Shown here in pieces: positions 8,915-17,945 of a DNA stretch of 64,000 bases (position 1 is its first letter; each line of letters begins with the position of its first letter). The notes beneath the pieces are model-generated. The model saw only the letters and a list, made by a program, of their open reading frames with translations. It searched no databases and was not told the origin of the DNA. Source of the stretch: an uncultured bacterium (GTDB lineage: Bacteria; Omnitrophota; Omnitrophia; Omnitrophales; Aquincolibacteriaceae); contig CAYZYT010000003.1 in the NCBI GenBank assembly GCA_964482725.1, forward strand, positions 116,010-180,009, written 5' to 3'. A program made the translations under genes and the position numbers.

Positions 8915-10405
8915 ATGCTTAGGGACATTGGGTGTTTGAGTAGGGGGACATACGATCTTCTTGTGATCGGCGGCGGGATCAACGGCGCTGCGATCGCGCA
9001 TCTTGCGGCCAAGCGTGGCCTGAAGGTGGCGCTCCTCGAAAAAGGGGACTTCGCGAGCGGAACCTCAAGCAAGTCCACCAAGCTCATTCATGGCGGCATC
9101 CGCTATCTCGAAAATCTTGAAGTCGATCTCGTCTGGGAATCCTTAAGAGAACGCCATATCCAGTTGGAGGTGGCACCGCATCTGGTGAAGCCTCTCCCGT
9201 TCGTGATTCCGGTCTACGAAGGCGACAAGCGGCCGCTTTGGATGATGCAGCTCGGGGTTTTTCTCTACGACCTACTTGCTGGGAAGTATCGAGTGAAGCC
9301 GCGCAAGAATCTCACGCGCGAAGAAGTGATCCGTCTGGAGCCCGGCATTGAACAAAAGGGGCTGAAGGGCGGCGTGCTTTATTATGACGCGCAGATGGAT
9401 GACGCGCGGCTTTGTCTCGAGAACGTTCTGATGTCCGCCCAATACGGCGCGCATGTCGCGAATTATGTGAAGGTGGTATCGTTCGTGAAGGAGAATGGTC
9501 GGGTTGCTGGCGTCAGGGCGCATGACATGCTTGGGATCAAGGAGTTCGAAGTGCGCGCGAAGCGGGTGATTTGTGCGGCCGGACCGTGGACGAACGATCT
9601 GCTGCGCCTGGATATCCCGAACGCGAAGAAAAAAGTCCGTACGACCAAGGGTATTCACATTGTCTACAAAGGCGAGATCTCAAAACACGCCGTCCTGATC
9701 GGCTCGCAAAGCGACCGGCGCATCTTCTTCGTCATTCCCTGGATGGGGAACTCTTTGATCGGTACGACCGACACGGACTATGTTGCGAGTCCTGATAAAG
9801 TGAAGGTAGAGAAAGAGGATATCGATTATCTTGTGAGAGAATCCAAGCGCGTTTTTCCGAAGATCGATCTCAGCTCCGGTAATATCCTTTCAACGTTCGC
9901 AGGCCTCCGGCCGCTGATCCGTCAGGGAGGCTCGCCGCGCAAGGTCTCGCGCAAGCATCTTTTTTATAGCTCGAAGTCCGGCGTTATCTTCGTGGTTGGC
10001 GGCAAATACACGACCTACCGGAAAGTCGCCGAGGATTGCATGAATCGCATCCACCGGATCTATGAAAAAGAAACATTCGCAGTCTATGGCAGCGGAGCTA
10101 TTACGGAAACCGTTGAAGCTGCGGCCGTGCGCTCGGGTCTCGAGAGGGAAGTCGTACAGTCGCTCATGGATCTTTACGGCAGCCGCTACAAAGATGTTCT
10201 GAAACTTATCGAAAAAGATTCCGGGCTTAAGGGAAAGATTTCAGACAACCCGCCTGTGATCAAGGCCCAGCTTGTCTATTCTGTCGAGACCGAAATGGCA
10301 CGGACCGTAGAGGACATCACCGACCGCCGTCTCTCACTCGTTTTCCGTGGCCCCGTCTCTGAAAAGACCCTCTCTGCCATCAAGGTCGCTCTTCCCAAGA
10401 AATAA
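8915..10405 (+). CDS. glpD: FAD-dependent glycerol-3-phosphate dehydrogenase
   Basis: DLLVIGGGINGA, GTSSKSTKLIHGGIRYLE, AGLRPL, GGKYTTYR; adjacent to glpK. Confidence 0.95.
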   Translation: MLRDIGCLSRGTYDLLVIGGGINGAAIAHLAAKRGLKVALLEKGDFASGTSSKSTKLIHGGIRYLENLEVDLVWESLRERHIQLEVAPHLVKPLPFVIPVYEGDKRPLWMMQLGVFLYDLLAGKYRVKPRKNLTREEVIRLEPGIEQKGLKGGVLYYDAQMDDARLCLENVLMSAQYGAHVANYVKVVSFVKENGRVAGVRAHDMLGIKEFEVRAKRVICAAGPWTNDLLRLDIPNAKKKVRTTKGIHIVYKGEISKHAVLIGSQSDRRIFFVIPWMGNSLIGTTDTDYVASPDKVKVEKEDIDYLVRESKRVFPKIDLSSGNILSTFAGLRPLIRQGGSPRKVSRKHLFYSSKSGVIFVVGGKYTTYRKVAEDCMNRIHRIYEKETFAVYGSGAITETVEAAAVRSGLEREVVQSLMDLYGSRYKDVLKLIEKDSGLKGKISDNPPVIKAQLVYSVETEMARTVEDITDRRLSLVFRGPVSEKTLSAIKVALPKK

Positions 10406-10420
10406 CAATAAGGAGAAAAT

Positions 10421-10750
10421 ATGGGATCAAACTGGAAACACGCAGTCACTGTTTATACGAAGACAGCGAAACTGTTTTATGCGGTTTCTGTGTTTTTGCT
10501 AATTATTCCTGCGGCATGCTTGCCGGTAACTAGAAATATGTTTAAATGGAATTTTCCAGCATGGAAATGGCTTCAGGATTTTGCGCAGGCTCCGCAGGGG
10601 AACTTTCTTAAATTTCCGGCAGCATTATGGCTGCTGGGCGTTGCTTTTTTTATATTGGCTGTGACCGTCAATATATTTGATCATTATTATCGAAGATCGA
10701 GAAAGGAAGATTTTAAAGAAGGCGGCCTTCTGAAAGATGCTCAGAAATAG
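10421..10750 (+). CDS. Hypothetical two-TM membrane protein (AT-rich)
   Basis: Strong AAGGAG RBS; two hydrophobic segments; visibly more AT-rich than its neighbours. Confidence 0.7.
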   Translation: MGSNWKHAVTVYTKTAKLFYAVSVFLLIIPAACLPVTRNMFKWNFPAWKWLQDFAQAPQGNFLKFPAALWLLGVAFFILAVTVNIFDHYYRRSRKEDFKEGGLLKDAQK

Positions 10751-10915
10751 GTTGGTTGATACTCCGCGGACGGTTTAGTTTTTCTTGCACAAAACCTCTT
10801 CTGTCATTCAGTCGGTCCTTCCCAAGATGTAAGCCCTAGCATACCTTCCTGATTGAGTTCGCGGGATTTTGTGGTAGGATACGCCCTCTAGCAAAGGGGG
10901 GAAGGCCCCTTTGCC

Positions 10916-10964
10916 CGGTCAACGTACAACGGACAACGAAGATGACGTTGACCGTTGATCGTTG
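10916..10964. repeat. Heptamer-periodic inverted repeat (CAACGNA type)
   Basis: CAACGTA CAACGGA CAACGAA ... GACGTTG ACCGTTG ATCGTTG; preceded by the hairpin GCAAAGGGG-GGAAGG-CCCCTTTGC at 10891-10914. Confidence 0.7.
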
Positions 10965-11016
10965 CGCCCGCAAATGGCGTTGTCCCCCATTAATTCACTC
11001 TTACGGAAGTTTTATC

Positions 11017-12639
11017 ATGATCTCAGCGAATGGTGTTACTTTACAATACGGGAAACGCGTGCTCTTCGAGAACGTGAATATCATGTTCTCGCCAGGGAAT
11101 TGCTATGGCTTGATCGGGGCCAATGGCTCCGGGAAGTCCACGTTCCTGAAGATCCTCGCGGGCCTGCTCGAGTCCAATGCCGGATCCGTGGCCGTGGGGA
11201 AGAACGAGCGCATTTCCTTCCTGAAACAGGACCAGTTTGCCTATGACGAATATACGGTCCTGACGACGGTTATCATGGGCCACGAGCGGCTTTATAACAT
11301 TATCAAAGAAAAAGACGCAATCTATGCCAAGCCCGATTTCTCGGACGCGGACGGCATCCGGACCGCGGAGTTGGAGCATGAATTCGCGGATATGAGCGGC
11401 TGGGACGCGGAGCCCGAGGCCGCGAAACTTCTGAGTGACCTTGGGATCCCGGACGCCATGCATCAAATCCCTATGAAGCAGCTCGAGGCGAGCGAGAAGG
11501 TGCGCGTGCTTCTGGCGCAGGCGCTTTTCGGAAATCCCGATGTCCTGCTTCTCGACGAACCAACGAACCACCTCGATGTCGAGACCTGCATGTGGCTTGA
11601 GGATTTCCTTTATGAGTTCAAAAATACAGCCATCGTCGTCTCGCACGATCGCCATTTCCTCGACCGGGTCTGCACCCATATCGCGGATATCGATTACGGG
11701 AAGATACAGCTTTTTACAGGCAATTTCACATTTTGGTCGGAATCCAGTCAGCTTGCGCTCCGTCAGAAGAACGAAGCGAATAAGGACACCGAAGCCCGGC
11801 GCAAGGAACTTCAGGCTTTCATCGCGCGGTTCAGCGCGAACGCGTCGAAAGCCCGGCAGGCTACGTCGCGCAGAAAACTGCTGGAAAAGCTGACGCTCGA
11901 GGATATCAAACCGTCTTCTCGAAAATACCCTTATGTGGCGTTCAAGTATGAAAAGGATTCCGGCAACGATCTTCTGGAGATCGAAGGATTGGAGAAGTCG
12001 ATCGAAGGGGAGGTGCAGTTCACCGGACTCAATCTCCGGATCGATAAAGGCGACAAGATCGCGTTCCTCGGGCCGCTCGACCGTGTGAAGACCACGCTTT
12101 TTCAGGTGCTTATGGGGGAACTCGCGGCAGACAAAGGGGTTTTTAAGTGGGGAGCCTCCACGACGCGGGCTTATTATCCGAAAGAGAACGGAAAATATTT
12201 TGAAACAGATCTCTCCCTCGTCGATTGGCTGCGCCAGTTCTCCAAAGAAACGGATGAAAATTTTATCCGGGGATTTCTCGGGCGCATGCTCTTCTCGGGC
12301 GAAGAGTCACTTAAGAAAGCCTCGGTGCTTTCCGGAGGCGAGAGGGTTCGTTGCATGCTTTCCCGCATGATGCTTGTCGGGGCAAACGTAGTCATCCTGG
12401 ACGAACCGACGAACCATTTGGACCTGGAGTCCATCACCTCACTCAATAAAGGCCTCGAGACTTTCAACGGCACCGTGCTTTTTTCCTCGCATGACCATCA
12501 ATTCGTCCAGACCGTGGCCAATCGCATTATTGAGCTTACGCCCCGCGGCATGATCGATCGCCGGGATATCACCCTGGACGATTACCTCGCCAATCCCGAG
12601 CTGAAAGCCAAACGCGCCGCACTTTACGCCAAAGTCTGA
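11017..12639 (+). CDS. ABC-F family ribosome-associated ATPase (YbiT/YkpA-like)
   Basis: Two ABC domains with no TM segments: GANGSGKS, LLLDEPTNHLD, SHDRHFL, LSGGERVR, DEPTNHLD; linker FIARFSANASKARQATSR. Confidence 0.93.
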   Translation: MISANGVTLQYGKRVLFENVNIMFSPGNCYGLIGANGSGKSTFLKILAGLLESNAGSVAVGKNERISFLKQDQFAYDEYTVLTTVIMGHERLYNIIKEKDAIYAKPDFSDADGIRTAELEHEFADMSGWDAEPEAAKLLSDLGIPDAMHQIPMKQLEASEKVRVLLAQALFGNPDVLLLDEPTNHLDVETCMWLEDFLYEFKNTAIVVSHDRHFLDRVCTHIADIDYGKIQLFTGNFTFWSESSQLALRQKNEANKDTEARRKELQAFIARFSANASKARQATSRRKLLEKLTLEDIKPSSRKYPYVAFKYEKDSGNDLLEIEGLEKSIEGEVQFTGLNLRIDKGDKIAFLGPLDRVKTTLFQVLMGELAADKGVFKWGASTTRAYYPKENGKYFETDLSLVDWLRQFSKETDENFIRGFLGRMLFSGEESLKKASVLSGGERVRCMLSRMMLVGANVVILDEPTNHLDLESITSLNKGLETFNGTVLFSSHDHQFVQTVANRIIELTPRGMIDRRDITLDDYLANPELKAKRAALYAKV

Positions 12640-12747
12640 CCGTTTCAAGCTTTTAGCGGTGGCCTATAAACGCTATACTACGCATCATGCTGTTCCGACT
12701 TTTGGGGCTTCACTGATTTCCAAAAAATCTTTTTAAATGAGGATTCT

Positions 12748-14406
12748 GTGCTAACCCAACTTCATATTAAAAATTTCGCGCTGATCGAAGATCTGACCCT
12801 TGAATTCTCCGGGCAGATGAATGTGCTCACCGGGGAGACGGGCGCGGGTAAATCTATTTTAATCGACGCGATCCGGTTCGTTTTGGGAGAACGCATGGAC
12901 GGACTCCGGGTCGAGGTCCAGGATAAGCCCTGCCAGGTGGAAGCCGCGTTTGAGCTCCCAAAGGCCTTTCTCAAAAATCAATCCGCTCTTGAACCGTATC
13001 TCGCTGAAGAGGATCTGCTTATCCTGCGCCGGGAATTTTCTCAAGGCAAGACCCGCGCCTGGATCAATAACCGATTGGTTTCGCGCACTCTTTTGAAAGA
13101 AGCCGGCGCTTATCTTATCGATATCCATGGTCAGCATGATCACCAACGACTTCTCGATAGCGGGTCTCACCTTGATATCCTTGACCGTCTCGCAAACGTG
13201 GAAGCGCTGAAGGAAAGTTACCGGACTCTTTATGAACAGTATGCCCGCCTGATCCAAGGACAGGAAGAGCTGGCTTCGCTTGAGCAGAACAAGGAGCGGG
13301 AGTTGGACGTGCTTAAATACCAGATGGATGAGATCGAGCGGGCGGAGATCAAAGATCTTAGTGAGGAAGCCCTGGAGCTTGAACGCATGCGGCTCGCGAA
13401 TGCTGAAAGGCTTTCGGAGATAGTGTCTCATGCCCTTGCGGTCTTGGATGAGAATGAGATCAATGCGGATAGTTTTTTGTCCGAAGCGGTTCGCGATCTT
13501 AAGGGGTTGGTCAAATTCGACAGCTCGGTTGAGAAAACAAAAACCGATTGCGAGAACGTCCAGTATTCCTTGCAGGAAACGGTCCAGGCGCTCCGGGACT
13601 ATAGAGACAAACTCACGTTTGATCCGGATCGTCTCCGGGAGCTTGAAAAAAAAGCGGATCTCCTGGATCATCTCAAGCGGAAATATGGCGGCACCCATGC
13701 CAAGGTGCTTGAGTTCTACCGGGAGGCGAAGGCAAAATATGAAAAATTAATCGATATGGAAATGACTCAAAGCGATCTTCAAAAAGATCTGCGGGACCTG
13801 GAGCCGAAACTTCGTGAGGCCGCGCTGAAGTTCTCCGAGAAACGGAAAAAGGCAGGGGGGCTTCTTAAAAAGACGATCGAATTCGAGCTGAAGGACCTTC
13901 AGATCGCGCACGCGGAGTTTGAGGTGCGCATCGAAAAGACGGATTTCTCAGCGACCGGGATGGATCGCGTGGAATTTATGGCGCGCATGAATCCGGGCCA
14001 GCCGATGCTCGCGATCGCAAAGATCATTTCCGGCGGCGAGGCTTCCCGCGTGATGCTTGCCATGAAAAAAGCGCTTATGGAAGTTGACCCCGTGCCTGTC
14101 CTTATCTTTGATGAGATCGATACCAATATCGGAGGTCGTCTGGGGCAGGTCACCGGCCAGAAGCTCAAAAGCATCTCCGGAGAGCGGCAGGTGCTGCTCG
14201 TGACCCATCTTCCGCAGATCGCGTCTTTTGCGGACCGGCACATCAAGGTCACGAAGTCTGTGCAAAAGGGCCGGACTCTGGTTCAGTATCAGATGTTGGA
14301 AGGAGAGGACAAGGTTCGTGAATTGGCGCAGATGATGAGCGGGCAGCAGGAAAGTGAGATTTCGCGCCGTCATGCCCAAGAAATGCTCAGCCGCGCGAAT
14401 TCCTGA
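12748..14406 (+). CDS. recN: DNA repair protein RecN
   Basis: IKNFALI, TGETGAGKSI, IHGQH, coiled coil, SGGEASRVML, FDEIDTNIGG, VTHLPQIAS. Confidence 0.97.
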   Translation: MLTQLHIKNFALIEDLTLEFSGQMNVLTGETGAGKSILIDAIRFVLGERMDGLRVEVQDKPCQVEAAFELPKAFLKNQSALEPYLAEEDLLILRREFSQGKTRAWINNRLVSRTLLKEAGAYLIDIHGQHDHQRLLDSGSHLDILDRLANVEALKESYRTLYEQYARLIQGQEELASLEQNKERELDVLKYQMDEIERAEIKDLSEEALELERMRLANAERLSEIVSHALAVLDENEINADSFLSEAVRDLKGLVKFDSSVEKTKTDCENVQYSLQETVQALRDYRDKLTFDPDRLRELEKKADLLDHLKRKYGGTHAKVLEFYREAKAKYEKLIDMEMTQSDLQKDLRDLEPKLREAALKFSEKRKKAGGLLKKTIEFELKDLQIAHAEFEVRIEKTDFSATGMDRVEFMARMNPGQPMLAIAKIISGGEASRVMLAMKKALMEVDPVPVLIFDEIDTNIGGRLGQVTGQKLKSISGERQVLLVTHLPQIASFADRHIKVTKSVQKGRTLVQYQMLEGEDKVRELAQMMSGQQESEISRRHAQEMLSRANS

Positions 14407-14446
14407 AGAGGGTGACGAAGAGGGTAAGACAAAGGAAGTGCGTTCC

Positions 14447-14746
14447 ATGGCAAAACTAACAAGTGGGCCGGGCTGGTCTCTGAGTGCTGACGAGCCGTCT
14501 CCCGTGATCAAAAAAGAGAATCCGAACACGCCCAAGCCTGTCGTTCGTTTGGAAAAAAGAGTCGGGAAATACGTGACGGTGGTTTCCGGTCTCCACACCT
14601 ACGGTTCCGAGAGGCTGAATGGCATGGCGAAGGAGTGGAAAACGTTTTGTGGGACCGGAGGCACGGTCAAGAACGGAACGATCGAGATCCAGGGGGATCG
14701 GGTTAAGACGATTCAGGAATGGTTTTTAAAGAAGGCTTCCCGGTAA
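14447..14746 (+). CDS. yciH: Translation initiation factor SUI1 (YciH) family protein
   Basis: RLEKRVGKYVTVVSGL ... CGTGGTVKNGTIEIQGD. Confidence 0.9.
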   Translation: MAKLTSGPGWSLSADEPSPVIKKENPNTPKPVVRLEKRVGKYVTVVSGLHTYGSERLNGMAKEWKTFCGTGGTVKNGTIEIQGDRVKTIQEWFLKKASR

Positions 14747-14786
14747 TTTTTTATTGAAATAAATCATTGGAGATGAGTCGTTCTTT

Positions 14787-14945
14787 TCCCCCCGACGGAT
14801 CTTCGCTTTGTCCTGACTTTCACCCTCCGCGCGGCTCCTTAAGCCGGGGCTTACCCCCTTCATCCAATCTCCGCGGTTGGGAAAGGTCGCGGTAGGTTTT
14901 GACGCAGGGTCGCAGGCAGGATACAATCCATCCGCTACAGGATGT
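14787..14945 (+). ncRNA. Candidate structured ncRNA, 6S RNA-like rod
   Basis: Nested pairings read by eye: CGGAT/ATCCG, TGTCCTG/CAGGATA, ACCCT/AGGGT, a central bulge with a GGCT/AGCC hairpin, GGGCTTACC/GGTAGGTTT, CCAATC/GGTTGG. Many G-U pairs favour the + strand. No covariance model was run. Confidence 0.35.
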
Positions 14946-14954
14946 TCATTAATT

Positions 14955-14993
14955 TTAAGGAAGCGACAATCATGATTAGCATTGCTTCCTTAA
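14955..14993. terminator. Hairpin (possible terminator or operator) upstream of tatD
   Basis: TTAAGGAAGC...GCTTCCTTAA inverted repeat with an internal AATCATGATT palindrome. Confidence 0.4.
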
Positions 14994-15023
14994 TTTAAAA
15001 AAGTGAAATGAGAGCCAGGGCTT

Positions 15024-15806
15024 ATGTTGACCGACATGCATCTTCATTTACAGGATATTCCGGACCTTCACATGTGCAAGAGTGTTTTGGCTCTGGCGCA
15101 GGATCTTCGGGTAGGGCAATTTGTGTGCAATGGCACCCGGCCGGAGGATTGGCCGGCGGTGGAAAAGTTTGCGCAAGAGGACCGGCGGGTCGTGCCGTTC
15201 TTCGGGGTCCATCCCTGGTATGCAGGCAAGCTCCCGGTGGATTGGTACAAAACGCTTGAGGATTTTTTAAAAAGAAATCCGGCGGCGGGGGTCGGCGAGG
15301 TGGGTCTCGATAAGGTGCGGAATGTGGATCTTGCGCGGCAGACCGAGGTATTTCACCGCCAGCTCGAGATCGCCGGCCGTTTGGCGCGGCCGTTGGCGAT
15401 CCACTGCGTTCGGGCGTGGAGCGACCTTGTGAATGTCCTGAAAAGAAGTCTTCCTCCCAAGACGCGTTTCATGGTCCACTCCTTTCAAGGTTCCCCGCAA
15501 GTATTGAAAGATCTTTTAAACCTCGGGGCCTATATCTCGTTCTCATGGAAAAGTCTCCAGCGTGACAGCGAGGAATCGATCGCGCTGATGCGCGGCGTGC
15601 CGCTCGACCGGTTGCTTCTTGAAACAGATTTTCCTTATACGGAACCGGGACGTATCGGCGCCGATGTGCATGATGAGAAATATTACGAAACGCTCCAGGG
15701 GGTTTATGATCTTGCGGAGCGCGCCAAAGGGGTCGATGTTGAAGCTTTAGAGAAAGCGGTGTGGTCGAATGGAACGGCTTTTCTGTCTGGAGCTTCTGCT
15801 CGGTAA
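15024..15806 (+). CDS. tatD: TatD family hydrolase/DNase
   Basis: DMHLHL, GVHPW, GEVGLD, IHC, HSF, LLLETD. Confidence 0.93.
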   Translation: MLTDMHLHLQDIPDLHMCKSVLALAQDLRVGQFVCNGTRPEDWPAVEKFAQEDRRVVPFFGVHPWYAGKLPVDWYKTLEDFLKRNPAAGVGEVGLDKVRNVDLARQTEVFHRQLEIAGRLARPLAIHCVRAWSDLVNVLKRSLPPKTRFMVHSFQGSPQVLKDLLNLGAYISFSWKSLQRDSEESIALMRGVPLDRLLLETDFPYTEPGRIGADVHDEKYYETLQGVYDLAERAKGVDVEALEKAVWSNGTAFLSGASAR

Positions 15807-16518
15807 GGAAAAGGTCGAGCGGCTCAAAAAGGCTTTTGTGGTGGTGATCGGGATCGGCGCGGTGGGAAGCTACGCGACCGAGGCTCTCGCGCGTTCCGGT
15901 ATTGGCCGCCTGCGGCTTGTGGATTTTGACACGATCAAAGTGACCAATTTCAACCGCCATATCCTCGCGATCACTCCCAATCTCGGAAAACTCAAGGCGG
16001 AAGCCGCCAAAGAACGCATTGCCCAGATCAATCCCCATTGCAAGGTCGAGGTCGTGAGCGAATTTGCGGCCGAGGAAACGATGGGCCGCATCACAGAAGG
16101 GCGGCCGGACCTTGTGATTGATGCCGTGGATTCTCTGAACCCCAAAGTCCAGATCCTCGCCTACTGCCATGAGAAGAAGATCCCCGTGATCTCTTCGATG
16201 GGCGCTGCGCTCCGTATGAATATCTTTTCGATCAAAGCCGGGGATCTTTTTAAAACAACCGGTTGTCCGCTTGCCCGCTATGTTCGTTCCCGTCTCCGGC
16301 GGCGTGGAATCCAGAAGGGGATCTTCTGCATTTATTCCGATACGCCGGTTTCCGAGGAGCCCATCCAGAAGACGAACATTCTCAACGAAGAGCAGGATCA
16401 TGACCGCGGACGGAAACGGCAAAAATTGGGTAGCACGCCCACGGTGACCGGCGCCTTCGGTCTTGCCGTCGCTCATCACGCTCTTCTCCATCTGGTCGGC
16501 GATCTCAAACTCGGCTGA
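15769..16518 (+). CDS. tcdA: tRNA threonylcarbamoyladenosine dehydratase (ThiF family)
   Basis: GIGAVGSYATEALARSGIG, VDFD, TNFNR, DAVDS, SSMGAA, CPLARYVRSRLR. Confidence 0.9.
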   Translation: MERLFCLELLLGKEKVERLKKAFVVVIGIGAVGSYATEALARSGIGRLRLVDFDTIKVTNFNRHILAITPNLGKLKAEAAKERIAQINPHCKVEVVSEFAAEETMGRITEGRPDLVIDAVDSLNPKVQILAYCHEKKIPVISSMGAALRMNIFSIKAGDLFKTTGCPLARYVRSRLRRRGIQKGIFCIYSDTPVSEEPIQKTNILNEEQDHDRGRKRQKLGSTPTVTGAFGLAVAHHALLHLVGDLKLG

Positions 16519-16603
16519 TCCCTGCTTTTTAAAGTGACTTTGCGGGAAGGTCTGATATACTTCGCGGCATGAATAATTTGCATAATGAATTAATGGAGGG
16601 ACT

Positions 16604-17041
16604 ATGAGCCGTTTGAGCCTGGAAGCTTTTGCGGACCGAGCGACCGAGATCTTTCCGCAGTTGGTTCGCGGTATGACCCGGCACGAGAATAATTATCTGA
16701 CCAAGGGGGTTGTTACGCTGCCCCAAGTCTGGGCCCTAAGGTATCTGTCCCGGCAACCTGAATGCCCGATGCGTGAACTTGCGGATTTCATGAAGATGGG
16801 GCTTTCCTCTGTGACCGGACTGGTGGACCGCCTTGTGAAGCAGGGGCTTGCGGTGCGGAGGCGGACTGAAAAAGACCGGCGGGTTGTTTTTGTGGAAATT
16901 ACCGCCAAAGGGCGCAAAGCTCTCAAAGAGATCTTGGATCAACGGCGCAAGACGACTCTGAATCTTTTTGAATCGCTCACTTCCGAAGAGAGATCGACCT
17001 ATTTGTGTATTCTTGAAAAGCTTGTCAAAAAGCTTTGTTGA
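16604..17041 (+). CDS. MarR family transcriptional regulator
   Basis: ELADFMKMGLSSVTGLVDRLVKQGL...DRRVVFVEITAKG; GGAGG RBS. Confidence 0.95.
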   Translation: MSRLSLEAFADRATEIFPQLVRGMTRHENNYLTKGVVTLPQVWALRYLSRQPECPMRELADFMKMGLSSVTGLVDRLVKQGLAVRRRTEKDRRVVFVEITAKGRKALKEILDQRRKTTLNLFESLTSEERSTYLCILEKLVKKLC

Positions 17042-17080
17042 AATAAATACGGATTTAGCTAAAAAACGGAGTTTGTTTTT

Positions 17081-17869
17081 ATGAGTCAGCCTCAAAGTCC
17101 CGCGCCGAAATCGCCGACTTCACATCTTCATGTGATCAACCTTGTCGTCGCGTTGCTTGCCGGGGTGATTTCGATCACGGGCGGGATCTATTCTCTCAAG
17201 AACAACCTTTTTTCAGGGCCGGCCTACGGAAGCCTCCAGGGGATCGTTCGGGATGAAAGGATCGCAAAGCCCCTCAAACTCGCATCGGTTGAGATCGCCG
17301 ACCTGGCCGGGGCCGTGGTGAATACCGCAGCGACAGACGATAACGGGCATTATTTGGTCGAGGCGCTCAAGACCGGAAATTATGTCGTGAAATTTACGGC
17401 GCCGCTCCATAAGGTCGAAACCAAGACCATCAAGATCGAGAAGGATCTCACGTCTTCGATCCATGTAGACCTTGTCCCGGAGGTTCCGCAGACGAACCTG
17501 CCGTCCGTCGAATCCGTGGTCGCCATGCCGCAAAATATTCGAGCGCCTTACGTTCCAGCGACGACTTATCAGGCGACCGCTCCTGTCGTGACCGGCTACA
17601 ACGTTCCAACGAATGTTGCTTCTGTTCCGATGGCCTCTCCGACCTATTCTCACACAGAACCAGTGCAAGACCCGTCACTTTCCGGTCCGCCGCGCCAGGG
17701 TTCTCGACGGCATCCCCGTCGCAGTTACTCCGGGGATTCCACCGCCGGTTCGTCTGCCACTTCTCAGACTACTTCCCAGGGAAGTGCTTTTGCGGAGACA
17801 GGCGCGCAGTTGCTTCAAGCCTTGCTGAGCAAGAAATCAGACACCAGCTCATCGACGACATCGAATTGA
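17081..17869 (+). CDS. Membrane-anchored protein with a carboxypeptidase-regulatory-like (transthyretin-fold) domain and Pro/Ser/Thr-rich tail
   Basis: One TM segment, then GSLQGIVRD...ATDDNGHY...LKTGNYVVKF; low-complexity C-terminus. Confidence 0.7.
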   Translation: MSQPQSPAPKSPTSHLHVINLVVALLAGVISITGGIYSLKNNLFSGPAYGSLQGIVRDERIAKPLKLASVEIADLAGAVVNTAATDDNGHYLVEALKTGNYVVKFTAPLHKVETKTIKIEKDLTSSIHVDLVPEVPQTNLPSVESVVAMPQNIRAPYVPATTYQATAPVVTGYNVPTNVASVPMASPTYSHTEPVQDPSLSGPPRQGSRRHPRRSYSGDSTAGSSATSQTTSQGSAFAETGAQLLQALLSKKSDTSSSTTSN

Positions 17870-17945
17870 TCGGGAAGGTTTGCGCTTTTTTGTCCCACAG
17901 GGACTGCAAAAAACGCTGTCATTCCCGCATGCTTTAACAAAGTTT

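Noticed and set aside
10942-11016. Long N-terminal extensions given by the track (also 4831, 14354, 17880, 19150, 30247, 35543, 45429, 48109)
   Set aside because: Downstream ATGs fit family N-termini or RBS positions better; the extensions overlap repeats or upstream genes.
14726-14926. 66-aa minus-strand ORF
   Set aside because: No RBS or motifs; the region is better explained as structured RNA or intergenic DNA.
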